A stretch of 59,032 nt of DNA. Origin: a virus (Duplodnaviria; Caudoviricetes). Numbering within the stretch: the stretch's first letter is position 1; each line of letters begins with the position of its first letter. The DNA lies in the IMG/VR virus record IMGVR_UViG_3300025767_000019, positions 1 to 59,032 of that record; one strand, 5' to 3'. Positions 27,375 to 37,298 of the stretch are shown one piece after another. The position numbers and the translations under genes were made by a program. Below the pieces are notes generated by a model. That model was given only the letters and a program-made list of their open reading frames with translations. It was not told the DNA's origin and did not search any database.

Positions 27375-28411
27375 TGAGTTATTTTGCTAACTTTCCTCTC
27401 CAGTATTATTCTTTTGGAAATAAAGAGACTCCAGTACTATTTCAAGATTTGACGGTGTACTTAGACTTGATTGATCAGTTGAAAGATCAATCAAGCTTCT
27501 ATCAATATCATAACATCTTTGATGGTGATAGACCCGATACGTTATCACATAAGATATATGGCGACAGCAGGTACTATTGGACATTCTTCTTAATGAATGA
27601 CCATCTCCGAGTATCGGGGTGGCCATTGCCCGTTCAATCGTTAGATGCTGTTATTAAAGACAACTACCCCCACTGGACCATAGTTACCAAAGACAATATC
27701 AGCAACTCTGAGTTTGTTCCTGGGAGTGTGGTTAAAGGTAGTGTGTCAGGCACTACTGGAACTATCATCGAAGTCAATTTGGAAATGAACCAGATTGTTG
27801 TTGATACCAAGGGATATGAGATCCGCCGGACCACCGAGCTGCAAGAGGGGGTACCCAGCTTTACTCTGAAGACAGAAGCTGAGACAGGATTCCGATACTT
27901 TGACCTAACAGAAATTTTGGTTTGGCAACCCGATTATTCTGTCAACTCAGTAGCTGCAGTATACAATGCAAATCCCACAGAGAATATATTAACACCTCTT
28001 TCTAACTTGGCATCCCAATATGAATTGAGAAACAATAAACTATATCTAAAAGCTAGCATACCCCCGCCGGCCGTTCCATACTACGTTGATTATTTTTACA
28101 GGTTCTTTACCAATAGAAATTTTAACAGTGGAGAAGAACTTGTCTTACAGAATGTTGATACGCCAGAGCTCGAATCTATTAAAGTGTTGAGATCTACCAG
28201 ACAATACAACTCGGTTCATCACTATGAAAATACAAATGGCGAATATGTTGATATTGATCCGTTCACACAAAGTGTGTCAGGTCTAATTCCTGTTACATAC
28301 AATGAGCGGGCCATTGCGCGCAACGATACATTGAAGCAAATTAAAATTATTAAGCCTGATGCTATCAACCAAGTCGTTAGCGAATTTAGAAAATATTTGA
28401 AGGACAACTAA
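27374..28411 (+). CDS. gp53: baseplate wedge gp53
   Basis: MSYF..FP...Y, G.RPD..S..IYG...YYW...L.N, WP, HHYE, N...R/K.IK. Confidence 0.85.
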   Translation: MSYFANFPLQYYSFGNKETPVLFQDLTVYLDLIDQLKDQSSFYQYHNIFDGDRPDTLSHKIYGDSRYYWTFFLMNDHLRVSGWPLPVQSLDAVIKDNYPHWTIVTKDNISNSEFVPGSVVKGSVSGTTGTIIEVNLEMNQIVVDTKGYEIRRTTELQEGVPSFTLKTEAETGFRYFDLTEILVWQPDYSVNSVAAVYNANPTENILTPLSNLASQYELRNNKLYLKASIPPPAVPYYVDYFYRFFTNRNFNSGEELVLQNVDTPELESIKVLRSTRQYNSVHHYENTNGEYVDIDPFTQSVSGLIPVTYNERAIARNDTLKQIKIIKPDAINQVVSEFRKYLKDN

Positions 28412-29700
28412 TGGCGCGCTCTGAAGATTATCAGATAACCCAAGCGGATATTATTACTGCTGATGGAGCAACTGTGGACGTACGTGCGTCAATAATGGAG
28501 CTGGTAATCTTCGAAGATATTCGTAAGGCGTTCCTCACAGGTAGTGTGTTGATTGTTGACACATCCAACTTTATGAATCAGATTAAGTTTACTGGTACAG
28601 AGAAGTTGATCGTCGAAGTGTCGAGCGGTGATTTGCAAATCACTACCAGGACCAAGACGTTTATCATGACATGTATTGATAGGGCGGAGAAGACTAATGA
28701 TTATACAACGGTATTTTCTTTCTCGTTGTTGGAAGAGTATGCTTTTGCCAGCCGTATTACAAAAATATCCCAGGCGTTTAACGGAATGCCGCTTGATATT
28801 ATTAATGTTATTCTAAGCCAGCTGCAACAAGGGCTGGCTTTAGATAAGACGCTAATAGGCAATGAACCTATTCAACAGTCGATGCGAGTTATTACACCGT
28901 ACATTACCCCCCTCCAAGCGGTTGAGTGGATAAGGGATAGAACAACTACAGCAGAAGGATTTCCATTCTTCTTGTACGGCTCTTTAAAGACAGATGGAGT
29001 GTATGTTAACTCACTTGCAAACATTCTAAAGAAAACTCCATGGAACACACAACCCTTTGTTTATTCCCAGGCTGCAACTAACACAGATATGTCTTCGCAA
29101 GAGAATATATATTACATGTCTAAGTACGATCCGGGCAAGACAGATGACACTCTTACGGCCACTATGAACGGAGCTGTCAGCGCTCGTTGGCAAACTCTCG
29201 ATCTTTTGTATCAGAAGTTTAACTCGTCGAGAGCTCAGAATTTTGGTATTGAAAAGGTGTTGCCAAACAATACTGTATTCAATACAGACTTTGTTATTAA
29301 CAATAAGCCGTTAAACGAATACGTGCCCAAAGCCTTCTTCCATGTTGTTAGCAGTAGTCTGTACAGCGATAATATTGGCAATTATCATGTAGGAGAGAGT
29401 CTGGATCAACTAACGTCTAAGATTACTAACAAAGGTCTTCGGAATGCAATGTTTAAGAATGAAGCAAGTTTGGAGCTACAGGGAATATCTTTCTTGGCTT
29501 CTGCTGATGCGACTGTAGGATCAACAATTAACATACACATATTAGGTGTGGAGCGAGACCAAGCGGTGGATGAAAAGAAATCTGGACCACACATCATTGT
29601 AGGTTTGAGGCATTCATTTGCCAATGGCCGGCATGATGTTGGGGCCAGAGTAACCAAGATGACCAACAAGTTGCAGTACTCATCTCCAGAGAATAATTAA
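28411..29700 (+). CDS. baseplate hub protein (gp27-like)
   Basis: IFEDI....LTG.....D......G.E; position between gp53 and gp5. Confidence 0.65.
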   Translation: MARSEDYQITQADIITADGATVDVRASIMELVIFEDIRKAFLTGSVLIVDTSNFMNQIKFTGTEKLIVEVSSGDLQITTRTKTFIMTCIDRAEKTNDYTTVFSFSLLEEYAFASRITKISQAFNGMPLDIINVILSQLQQGLALDKTLIGNEPIQQSMRVITPYITPLQAVEWIRDRTTTAEGFPFFLYGSLKTDGVYVNSLANILKKTPWNTQPFVYSQAATNTDMSSQENIYYMSKYDPGKTDDTLTATMNGAVSARWQTLDLLYQKFNSSRAQNFGIEKVLPNNTVFNTDFVINNKPLNEYVPKAFFHVVSSSLYSDNIGNYHVGESLDQLTSKITNKGLRNAMFKNEASLELQGISFLASADATVGSTINIHILGVERDQAVDEKKSGPHIIVGLRHSFANGRHDVGARVTKMTNKLQYSSPENN

Positions 29701-29701
29701 T

Positions 29702-30619
29702 ATGGATACCTTTAACCCTAAATCAATACAAACCGAATACTACGGTGACATCTTTCGTTGGTGGATAGGTGTTGTAGTCAACAACAACGATCCTCTCCAA
29801 GCAGGCCGGGTGAGGGTAAGAATTTATGGTGTTCATACAGAAGATCTAAATTTGATTCCTGAAGAGTCGTTGCCATGGGCCATCCCAATTATACCGACTA
29901 CGGAGGATGGAGTATCAGGACTAGGAAGATCAAGCAAGCTCAAACCTGGTGCTATGGTTATGGGGTATTTTGCCGATGGTTCTCAATCTCAAATTCCGGT
30001 TGTTATGGGATCCATTCCTCGGTTTGCAGAACCCAGTCCAGGTCAGCTTGGTGAGGGCAGTCGGTATCCATCATCTAGTATTGTTCCTTCATTGAATGCT
30101 CCTCGTAACAAAAATACTAATGATGGAATGAGAGGAGCTCAGGGTCAAAGTTACTCTACAGCAAGTGCTGTGGGTAAAACAAATACGGAAAAGGCGTTTA
30201 ACTTTTTTGTGTCAACGGGGTTGTTCAACGCATCACAGTCAGCTGCTATATGCGGATGTTTAATTAAAGTATCAAATATGGATCCCAAGTTTAGCACATC
30301 GGATACTGGTAGCACTTCGTTTGGTATTGCAGGCTGGGGAGACAAGTTTTTTAGACTTGATGAACTAAAGGGGTTCTGTGCTGACCGCAACTTGAAGATA
30401 TTAGAGGTTGAATCTCAACTTCAATTTTTAATGTATGATTTTGCCGAAAGAATGCCACGTTGGTTTAAGTTCTCTAAATTTGTATCTGCACAAGATATTA
30501 GAAACGCAACAGCGGTGTTTTTAGATTATTATATTAGACCTACACCCAAAGGATCGATTGATTTCCTAAGCACGGTCAAGATATCCAAAGATGTTTACGA
30601 GACTTACAGCAAGGCATAA
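29702..30619 (+). CDS. gp5: gp5 N-terminal OB-fold fused to a degenerate phage tail lysozyme domain
   Basis: WWIGVV....DP...GRVRVRI.G.H...LPWA...V.G.F.DG...Q.P.V.G; C-terminal lysozyme2-like region (AAI.G, GIAGW, QL.F). Confidence 0.82.
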   Translation: MDTFNPKSIQTEYYGDIFRWWIGVVVNNNDPLQAGRVRVRIYGVHTEDLNLIPEESLPWAIPIIPTTEDGVSGLGRSSKLKPGAMVMGYFADGSQSQIPVVMGSIPRFAEPSPGQLGEGSRYPSSSIVPSLNAPRNKNTNDGMRGAQGQSYSTASAVGKTNTEKAFNFFVSTGLFNASQSAAICGCLIKVSNMDPKFSTSDTGSTSFGIAGWGDKFFRLDELKGFCADRNLKILEVESQLQFLMYDFAERMPRWFKFSKFVSAQDIRNATAVFLDYYIRPTPKGSIDFLSTVKISKDVYETYSKA

Positions 30620-30621
30620 TT

Positions 30622-32637
30622 ATGGCAATTGATATCAGCACAATTAATAGTGAGTCTAACAGACTTAACAAAACAGGTCAGACAGCTCAGCTAGCGCAAA
30701 AGTCGGAAGCGGCAAAGGCGGCGTCCGATCTAAAGAACAAAGCGGTCATTGGTTCTCCAGGTAAAACGGTCAATGGTGTAAAGGCCCTGTCAGGGGGTAA
30801 TGATGCTGGCACAGGTGATCCTGTAAAAGCGGCAGAAGATCGGTATTATTATTACGTCGACATAGAGGAAGAAGCGTTCTATGATTATGGAAAAGATTCC
30901 CCAGAATATCTTGCCGCTCGTGCAAACACAGACCCATACTTAAAAGAATGGGAAAGACTGAAGGCGTTGCGGGCGGCTGGTAAGATCCCTCCTGCAGAGC
31001 CGGTCTCGGTGCCTGCCGAAGATTCAATTGTTGAGGTGACAGGGGATGTTCCGGGGTTAAAGGAAGATCTCCAACAGGAAGTGCCCGCTCAAGAAGCAAG
31101 TAGTCTCAATGCTATTATAGGGTATTCGGATGATAATGCCCAAGCCCAAAATGCCGCTGTTCGCACAGGTAAGCTAAAGAAAACAATTAGTAGTGGCAGT
31201 CCTCAAGCCATTGCAAAGGCGTTGACGCAGGCCACTGGCAAAGCAGCTTCTACTTTTAAAGAGGCGCTAAGAGGTATAGCGCCCGCTGGAAGCGAGTCAG
31301 CGATTGACACTGTTGATGTGGCAAACGACAAGGGAATTGCTACTGCAAGTGAAGTAGCTACCGCCACTAAGAATATTCTAGACGATTTTACTGCAGCAGT
31401 GGATGATATTGTCGGAGACTTGTTTGGTAACCTGACTCTTAAAAATGATACCACATTTGGAGACACGTTTAAAAAGTTTGTTAATTTTGCTGATCCTGCA
31501 GTCAGTGAAAAGTTGTCTATTAACGATCTGTTCAGAGATCTCTCTAATAACAAACAGGGAGATATTGTAGATAAACTAGTTAGCTTTGGCGGCAAGGCGG
31601 CAAGTGAGATTGAAGGGACTATTAGAGGGTTGTCTATGAACCCAAATAGAGTAATAGGATCTGATACAATAGCAGCTGTAGGCGAAAAAACTATTCCATG
31701 CTATATTATTGGATCTAATGATAACACATGGGATGGAGCTGAAACGCCCACAACAGCTCCAACTGTGCCTGAGGCGTCATCAACGCCTGGTCCACTGACG
31801 TCAGGTCAAGCATTCTCTAAAGCACTGGATGCAATTGTCAAAAAATCTTTGCTTACTCCAGGGACAAATGCATGGCTTGAAGCAGAATATGAAAGGGCCA
31901 AGTGGGAGGCAGAGTATCAGCGATTGCTAGACCTGGAGAGCAAAGGAGTCACACCCGCAGCTGTCACACCAAGTGTTACACCCAAAGCCGCTCCTGTTAC
32001 TCGATCAATTGCCACAAACAATTCTCAGTTTACATTTGTTAACTCAAGAGAAGAAATGGATGCAGAGTTTGCTTCTGTAACCCGGGACATTACAGAAGTT
32101 GTGGTACACTGGACAGGAACGTACAACAATCAAGACATTGGTTCCGAAGAGGTTCATCAGTGGCACAAGCAGCGTGGGTGGAGTGGTATTGGATATCATT
32201 TTATTATTAGACGTGATGGTAGACTGCAACGCGGCCGTCCTCTAAACAAGACGGGTGCTCATGCAGGGGCCAACGGACACAATAAGTACTCAGTTGGTAT
32301 TTCATTTGCTGCTGGCTATAATTGTCCGTCTGGCACAAAGAACGCCAATAAGTTTATCAGCGCCGACTCAATCACAGCCGAGCAAATGAAAACCTTTGAT
32401 ATGTTTATGGGAGCATTTTACGATGAGTTTCCTGGTGGGCAGGCGTACGGACACGTTGATACAGACAACAAAGGTAAGATTGATCCTGGATTTGATGTAC
32501 AAGACTATGTACAGGCTAAGTTTAACAAATACAATGTAAATGAAGACGGACAACAACAACCGCTATCACCCAAACAACTTGCGCAAGCAAGACCTGCAAC
32601 AGTTCTTGCAGCAACATCTCCTAGACCAGCTACCTAA
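30622..32637 (+). CDS. virion-associated N-acetylmuramoyl-L-alanine amidase (T7 lysozyme-like C-terminal domain)
   Basis: VVVHWT, WH.QRGWSGIGYHFIIRRDG...GRP....GAHA.GHN..S.GI, GH, KIDPGFDV. Confidence 0.85.
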   Translation: MAIDISTINSESNRLNKTGQTAQLAQKSEAAKAASDLKNKAVIGSPGKTVNGVKALSGGNDAGTGDPVKAAEDRYYYYVDIEEEAFYDYGKDSPEYLAARANTDPYLKEWERLKALRAAGKIPPAEPVSVPAEDSIVEVTGDVPGLKEDLQQEVPAQEASSLNAIIGYSDDNAQAQNAAVRTGKLKKTISSGSPQAIAKALTQATGKAASTFKEALRGIAPAGSESAIDTVDVANDKGIATASEVATATKNILDDFTAAVDDIVGDLFGNLTLKNDTTFGDTFKKFVNFADPAVSEKLSINDLFRDLSNNKQGDIVDKLVSFGGKAASEIEGTIRGLSMNPNRVIGSDTIAAVGEKTIPCYIIGSNDNTWDGAETPTTAPTVPEASSTPGPLTSGQAFSKALDAIVKKSLLTPGTNAWLEAEYERAKWEAEYQRLLDLESKGVTPAAVTPSVTPKAAPVTRSIATNNSQFTFVNSREEMDAEFASVTRDITEVVVHWTGTYNNQDIGSEEVHQWHKQRGWSGIGYHFIIRRDGRLQRGRPLNKTGAHAGANGHNKYSVGISFAAGYNCPSGTKNANKFISADSITAEQMKTFDMFMGAFYDEFPGGQAYGHVDTDNKGKIDPGFDVQDYVQAKFNKYNVNEDGQQQPLSPKQLAQARPATVLAATSPRPAT

Positions 32638-32656
32638 TATAATACAAGGGACATAG

Positions 32657-34978
32657 ATGACTTCAGTAAATGATGATCTAAAAGATCGGGCCAATAACCT
32701 AGGGAAGGGTCGTACCCTTACAGATGGCGTTACCCAAACAGCATTTGGCGATCCAACGGGTGAGCATCCTAGATTCGAATACCAACATTCGTCGTCCGTC
32801 AACATTGGTGCTCGTACGGGTAAGATGCACAAGCTGTCATTTGGCGGTGCGGTATCAGGGTTGCCGGCAAGTGCTACAGGTGCACTCGGAAACCAGTATC
32901 CTCTCAATGATGTTCGTGAAACTGTATCAGGACATGTGTTAGAATTTAACGATACTCCTGGCGGTGAGCGTATACTCATTAGACACAATAGCGGTTCTGG
33001 TGTAGAGATGAGACCAGACGGCACAATTGTTGTTAGTGCATTGGGCAATAAAATTGAAGTGTGTGGAGGAGACAATACAGTAATTGTAGAAGGCGATGCA
33101 AAGCTCGTATACAAAGGTAACCTCTCACTTGATGTAACAGGCGATCTCAATATTAACTGTATGAATTATAATGTTAATGCCCGTGGTGATAAGAAAGAGG
33201 ATGTTGCTGGCTCATCGCGCAGCACAGTGTTTGGTAACTACGGCATGAAGATATCTGGCAATAAGACAGAGACCGTTGCTCAAACAGTAACCCACACATA
33301 CTTGGGCAAGACTAGTCAAATCATTAAGGGTGGATACCTCACATCAGTTCAGGGCAAGTATGAAATGTCAGCTAGCGATTGTGTGTGTACAACATCTGAG
33401 AAAGAAGTAATTATATCGACCCCCAACCTTAACATGGCAGCAACAAGTCTGTCAGTGTTTGGAGCTACTGGCACTATTGGCGGGGAAAATATTATTCACT
33501 ATGGCAAGAACTATTATGGTGTGTCAGCTACAATGAGTGAAGGAGTTACGGCTCCTACATTCCATGGCGACCTGGATGGTACAGCCCTATTAGCAATTGA
33601 TGCCGACACAGCTCATTCTCAGAGTTACGGCGACTTCCACGGCGATGTAGGAACTTCACCTGGATACTCGATTACAAATACAGCAACCAATACTGATGAG
33701 ACTGCGCAACCTACTGCAGGACTTCTTACTACATATCTGACAAAGAGCTCAAAGGGTGTAAAGCAGGTGTTAATTGACGCCGGCGACTTTATTAAGAATG
33801 CGCTGCAAACAAAGAAAGCGCCGACCCCTAAAGAAGCTACTGCAGTAGTTAGAGCCAAACTCAGAGATCCTGTTAACCTTGCTAACCCAGACTTTACCGC
33901 AGCCGCTATTGGAGACGGACTACTCAGTCCTAACTTTACAAAGCAGGCGCCTCCTAATGGGTTTGGACGTATTCGAGCACCCGAGCCCGGATGCGAGAGA
34001 GGTACTGTTCAGGCAGGAAACACTGATAAGGCTGGTGCAAACAAGACGTTTAGAAGACAAGAAGAGTTTCAGAGAAGGGGGCGGACTCTGCTTCCCGATC
34101 CTCTATACAATGTCGATTTCAAATCTGAAATTACAATGAATACCAAACTGGCTCCAGGCATTACTATGGCCAAGTTTATTGGTACAAAAACAGCTGGTGA
34201 CTTTAAGAGTGTTAATCGTATCGACAAGTTAAATATTGCGCGCAATTACTATCTACACTCTCAGATTCTAAAGTTTGTAATGACTAGACCTGGTCAACAG
34301 CCATCTCAGTTTGCCGACTTCAGAGTTGAGGTCGCTGAGGCCTTCTACACTCCTGATCGGTATGGCGTACCTGTTGCCGGAAATCTTTTGCGGCCAGAAG
34401 TGGTCACAGAAGATAGTCTGTTGGGAAAACGGGGTAAGGGTCTAGTAGTTGTATATGAGGTAATTAATGAAAAAGGTGAACTTGATCCAGATGCCACATT
34501 TGATATTGCTTCTTACCTGAAGGATAAGTGCGGTCACCTGTTTGAAAAAATGACCCTTGACTATGACGAGTATGAGCCTGATGGGAGTCTCAATGTGCAG
34601 TTAATTATTGAGATTAAGCAACTCGAGAAAGACTACGCTGTTAACTCAAGTGGTTTGGTAGAGACTCTTTATAACGGCAAGCTACAAGGAAAGAACTCCT
34701 TAATTGAAATTGTTGCAGATGTAACTGAAACACCCCCTGTTGTGCCAGAAGTCCCTGAAGTTGTTGCGCCAGCCGAACCCCCTCCTCCTGCTGAGCCTGC
34801 ATTGACAAAAGAGCAAAAAATTGCAAACGCTAAGGCTGTTCTGGACGCCGCCATGGCTGCCCGTAATGCAGCCGTACCGGGCTTTAAGGATGGGACTGTT
34901 TCGGGGGATGAGTGGGCAAAATTAAATGATGCTGCTGGTGAGGCATCTATTCAGTATGACCTCGCAAAGAGATCATAA
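32657..34978 (+). CDS. gp5 C-terminal beta-helix (baseplate spike) protein
   Basis: YP.N.V.ET.SGHV.EF.DTPG.ERI...H.SG...E..PDG, followed by V.G repeats. Confidence 0.82.
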   Translation: MTSVNDDLKDRANNLGKGRTLTDGVTQTAFGDPTGEHPRFEYQHSSSVNIGARTGKMHKLSFGGAVSGLPASATGALGNQYPLNDVRETVSGHVLEFNDTPGGERILIRHNSGSGVEMRPDGTIVVSALGNKIEVCGGDNTVIVEGDAKLVYKGNLSLDVTGDLNINCMNYNVNARGDKKEDVAGSSRSTVFGNYGMKISGNKTETVAQTVTHTYLGKTSQIIKGGYLTSVQGKYEMSASDCVCTTSEKEVIISTPNLNMAATSLSVFGATGTIGGENIIHYGKNYYGVSATMSEGVTAPTFHGDLDGTALLAIDADTAHSQSYGDFHGDVGTSPGYSITNTATNTDETAQPTAGLLTTYLTKSSKGVKQVLIDAGDFIKNALQTKKAPTPKEATAVVRAKLRDPVNLANPDFTAAAIGDGLLSPNFTKQAPPNGFGRIRAPEPGCERGTVQAGNTDKAGANKTFRRQEEFQRRGRTLLPDPLYNVDFKSEITMNTKLAPGITMAKFIGTKTAGDFKSVNRIDKLNIARNYYLHSQILKFVMTRPGQQPSQFADFRVEVAEAFYTPDRYGVPVAGNLLRPEVVTEDSLLGKRGKGLVVVYEVINEKGELDPDATFDIASYLKDKCGHLFEKMTLDYDEYEPDGSLNVQLIIEIKQLEKDYAVNSSGLVETLYNGKLQGKNSLIEIVADVTETPPVVPEVPEVVAPAEPPPPAEPALTKEQKIANAKAVLDAAMAARNAAVPGFKDGTVSGDEWAKLNDAAGEASIQYDLAKRS

Positions 34979-34983
34979 ACCCA

Positions 34984-34991
34984 TATAAATA
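34984..34991 (+). promoter_or_regulatory. T4-type late promoter
   Basis: TATAAATA upstream of gp25. Confidence 0.8.
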
Positions 34992-35016
34992 ATACACAGT
35001 AACATAAGGATTTCCG

Positions 35017-35466
35017 ATGGCCACCTCTCGCGCCCTATCTATCGAGGATAAACAACTTGGCACAGTATCGCTGGTAACATCTGCCGATCGGGCTTATAAG
35101 GATATTGACTTGACTTTTGAGCGCAAGGGTGGTACTAACGATATCTACAAGAAGACAGATGCGGCTGCTGTAAAGCAAGCTGTTAAAAATCTTATTTCAA
35201 CTAACCACTTTGAAAAACCATTTGTTCCGAACTATGGTGGAAACATACGAGCTCTTTTATTTGAGCTAGCTGATGACAACTCTTCTGTAGAGATTGAACG
35301 GAACATCCGCAATTCAATTTACCAATATGAGCCTAGAGCCGAAGTGCTGGGGGTTGACTGTGTAGTTGAGCCCGACAGGAACAATGTAAGAGTGACATTG
35401 ACATTTAGAGTGGTTAGCACGCAACAGCTCATCACCTTCACAACAGTTGTAAACAGGTTAAGATAA
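35017..35466 (+). CDS. gp25: baseplate wedge gp25
   Basis: Y.DIDL.F, AVKQ.VKNL..TN..E.PF.P..G..I..LLFE, YEPR. Confidence 0.92.
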   Translation: MATSRALSIEDKQLGTVSLVTSADRAYKDIDLTFERKGGTNDIYKKTDAAAVKQAVKNLISTNHFEKPFVPNYGGNIRALLFELADDNSSVEIERNIRNSIYQYEPRAEVLGVDCVVEPDRNNVRVTLTFRVVSTQQLITFTTVVNRLR

Positions 35467-35467
35467 T

Positions 35468-37297
35468 ATGGCAACTACTATTAAATCCACCGCATTAGAT
35501 TTTGAGTCTATAAAGAACAATCTAAAAACATTTCTCCAGGCTAAGCCTGAGTTTGAAGATTATAATTTTGAGGCGTCTGGTCTATCCAACTTGTTGGATG
35601 TCTTGGCGTACAACACACACTATAATGGTCTAATTGCTAACTTTGCACTCAACGAATCTTATTTGTCAACTGCGCAACTAAGAAGTTCATTGGTATCGTT
35701 GGCAGAGGGCATTGGATACATTCCCAAATCAAAAACTTCTTCACGCGCTGTAGTCAATCTTTCTATTAACACTGGGGATTTGGCTGGTCGTCCATCTTCT
35801 ATTAGTTTACCTGCTGGAACAACTCTTACATCTACGGTAGGGGATACAACATACACATACCAGACCGACCAAGCAATTACTGCTACCGAACAGGGTGGGG
35901 GTTTCTATGAATTTAAAAACCTTTCAGGATCATCTAATATTACTATCTATGAAGGGGTTGCGAAGACCAAGACTTTCTTTGTAGGATCCGATGCAGCAAA
36001 CACCATTTATATTATTCCGGATAATAACCTAGATCTTGAAACAGCAGTCATTAAAGTATATGATACAGCCACAAGTACATCATTTGTGACATATAATAGT
36101 CTTGTAAACGCGACTATTATTAATGAAAATTCTACGTTGTATATTCTCAAAGAATCCGCTAATGGATATTTTGAACTGGCGTTTAGTGATGGTACAACTT
36201 TGGGCAAGACTCCTCAAGCTGGCAACAAGGTGGTCGTTGAGTATCTTTCAGTGTCTGGTGTTGATGCTAATAGGGCTCAGGTATTTAAAGCGACTAACCG
36301 AGTGCTTGTCACAGAGGGTAACACATACAACCTCAACGTCACTACAATCTCTGACTCTGTTGGAGGATCCGAAAAAGAGGCAATTGAATCTATTCGCAAG
36401 AATGCACCATTCCAATACGCTACTCAAAACCGTATGGTTACAGCTGCTGATTACTCAGCTTTGGTATTGCGCAACTTCCCTAGCATCATCAAAGACATTA
36501 AGTCTTGGGGCGGTGAAGATGCTTTAAAACCTCAGTACGGGGTTATTTTCATGTCAATTGTATTCAACGATGATATTGCTCTAGAGCAACAGTTGAGTGT
36601 CAAGCAACAAGTGTTGGATCTAGCTGAGCAGCTCGCTGTAATTTCTTTTGAGTTGGAATTTGATGACCCAATTACTACATGGATTGAGACAGGGGTATTC
36701 TTCCAATTCAATCCTAGATTGACTAGCCAAAGCGTCAATAGTGCAAGAGATCAAATTGCATCTGTCGTTACTAATTACTTCGAAGAGTACACCGGTAAGT
36801 TTGATCGAGCGTTCCGCCGATCCAATTTACTGACTCTTGTAGATGAGGTTAACCCAGCCGTACTATCAAGCAGAGCTGAGGTTAAGATGCAACAAAGGGT
36901 CACACCGTTGTTGGACGCGCCGAACGACTTTGCCCTTCGCTTTCCTGTATCTATTGCTAGTCCTGATGACGATGAGTACATGATTGTGTCATCACCGTTC
37001 CAATATAACGGAAGAGTGTGTAACATTCGCAATAGATTGAGTAGCTCTACACTTCAGGTAATTGCTTTATCCGACTTGACAGTGGTAGTTGATAACATTG
37101 GATCGTATAATGCAGCAGCTGGAACACTCAACCTCGTCGGTTTTGAACCAGCTGAGGTCTTGGGCGGGTTCAACTATGTCAAGCTGTCTGCAACCCCTGC
37201 AAATCAAAGTGCTATTGCTCCAACACGGAATGATGTTATTATCCACGATGTTGATGCATCATACATAAGACCTGTAACAGTAGCAGCGGCGTACTAA
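35468..37297 (+). CDS. gp6: baseplate wedge gp6
   Basis: LDF..IK.NLK.FL.....F.DY.FE.S.L..LLDVLAYNTHY, QNRMVTA.DY, WGGED. Confidence 0.94.
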   Translation: MATTIKSTALDFESIKNNLKTFLQAKPEFEDYNFEASGLSNLLDVLAYNTHYNGLIANFALNESYLSTAQLRSSLVSLAEGIGYIPKSKTSSRAVVNLSINTGDLAGRPSSISLPAGTTLTSTVGDTTYTYQTDQAITATEQGGGFYEFKNLSGSSNITIYEGVAKTKTFFVGSDAANTIYIIPDNNLDLETAVIKVYDTATSTSFVTYNSLVNATIINENSTLYILKESANGYFELAFSDGTTLGKTPQAGNKVVVEYLSVSGVDANRAQVFKATNRVLVTEGNTYNLNVTTISDSVGGSEKEAIESIRKNAPFQYATQNRMVTAADYSALVLRNFPSIIKDIKSWGGEDALKPQYGVIFMSIVFNDDIALEQQLSVKQQVLDLAEQLAVISFELEFDDPITTWIETGVFFQFNPRLTSQSVNSARDQIASVVTNYFEEYTGKFDRAFRRSNLLTLVDEVNPAVLSSRAEVKMQQRVTPLLDAPNDFALRFPVSIASPDDDEYMIVSSPFQYNGRVCNIRNRLSSSTLQVIALSDLTVVVDNIGSYNAAAGTLNLVGFEPAEVLGGFNYVKLSATPANQSAIAPTRNDVIIHDVDASYIRPVTVAAAY

Positions 37298-37298
37298 T

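Noticed and set aside
30600-32660. Programmed frameshift or readthrough joining the three gp5-locus ORFs
   Set aside because: No slippery sequence seen at the junctions; each ORF has its own ATG shortly after the previous TAA
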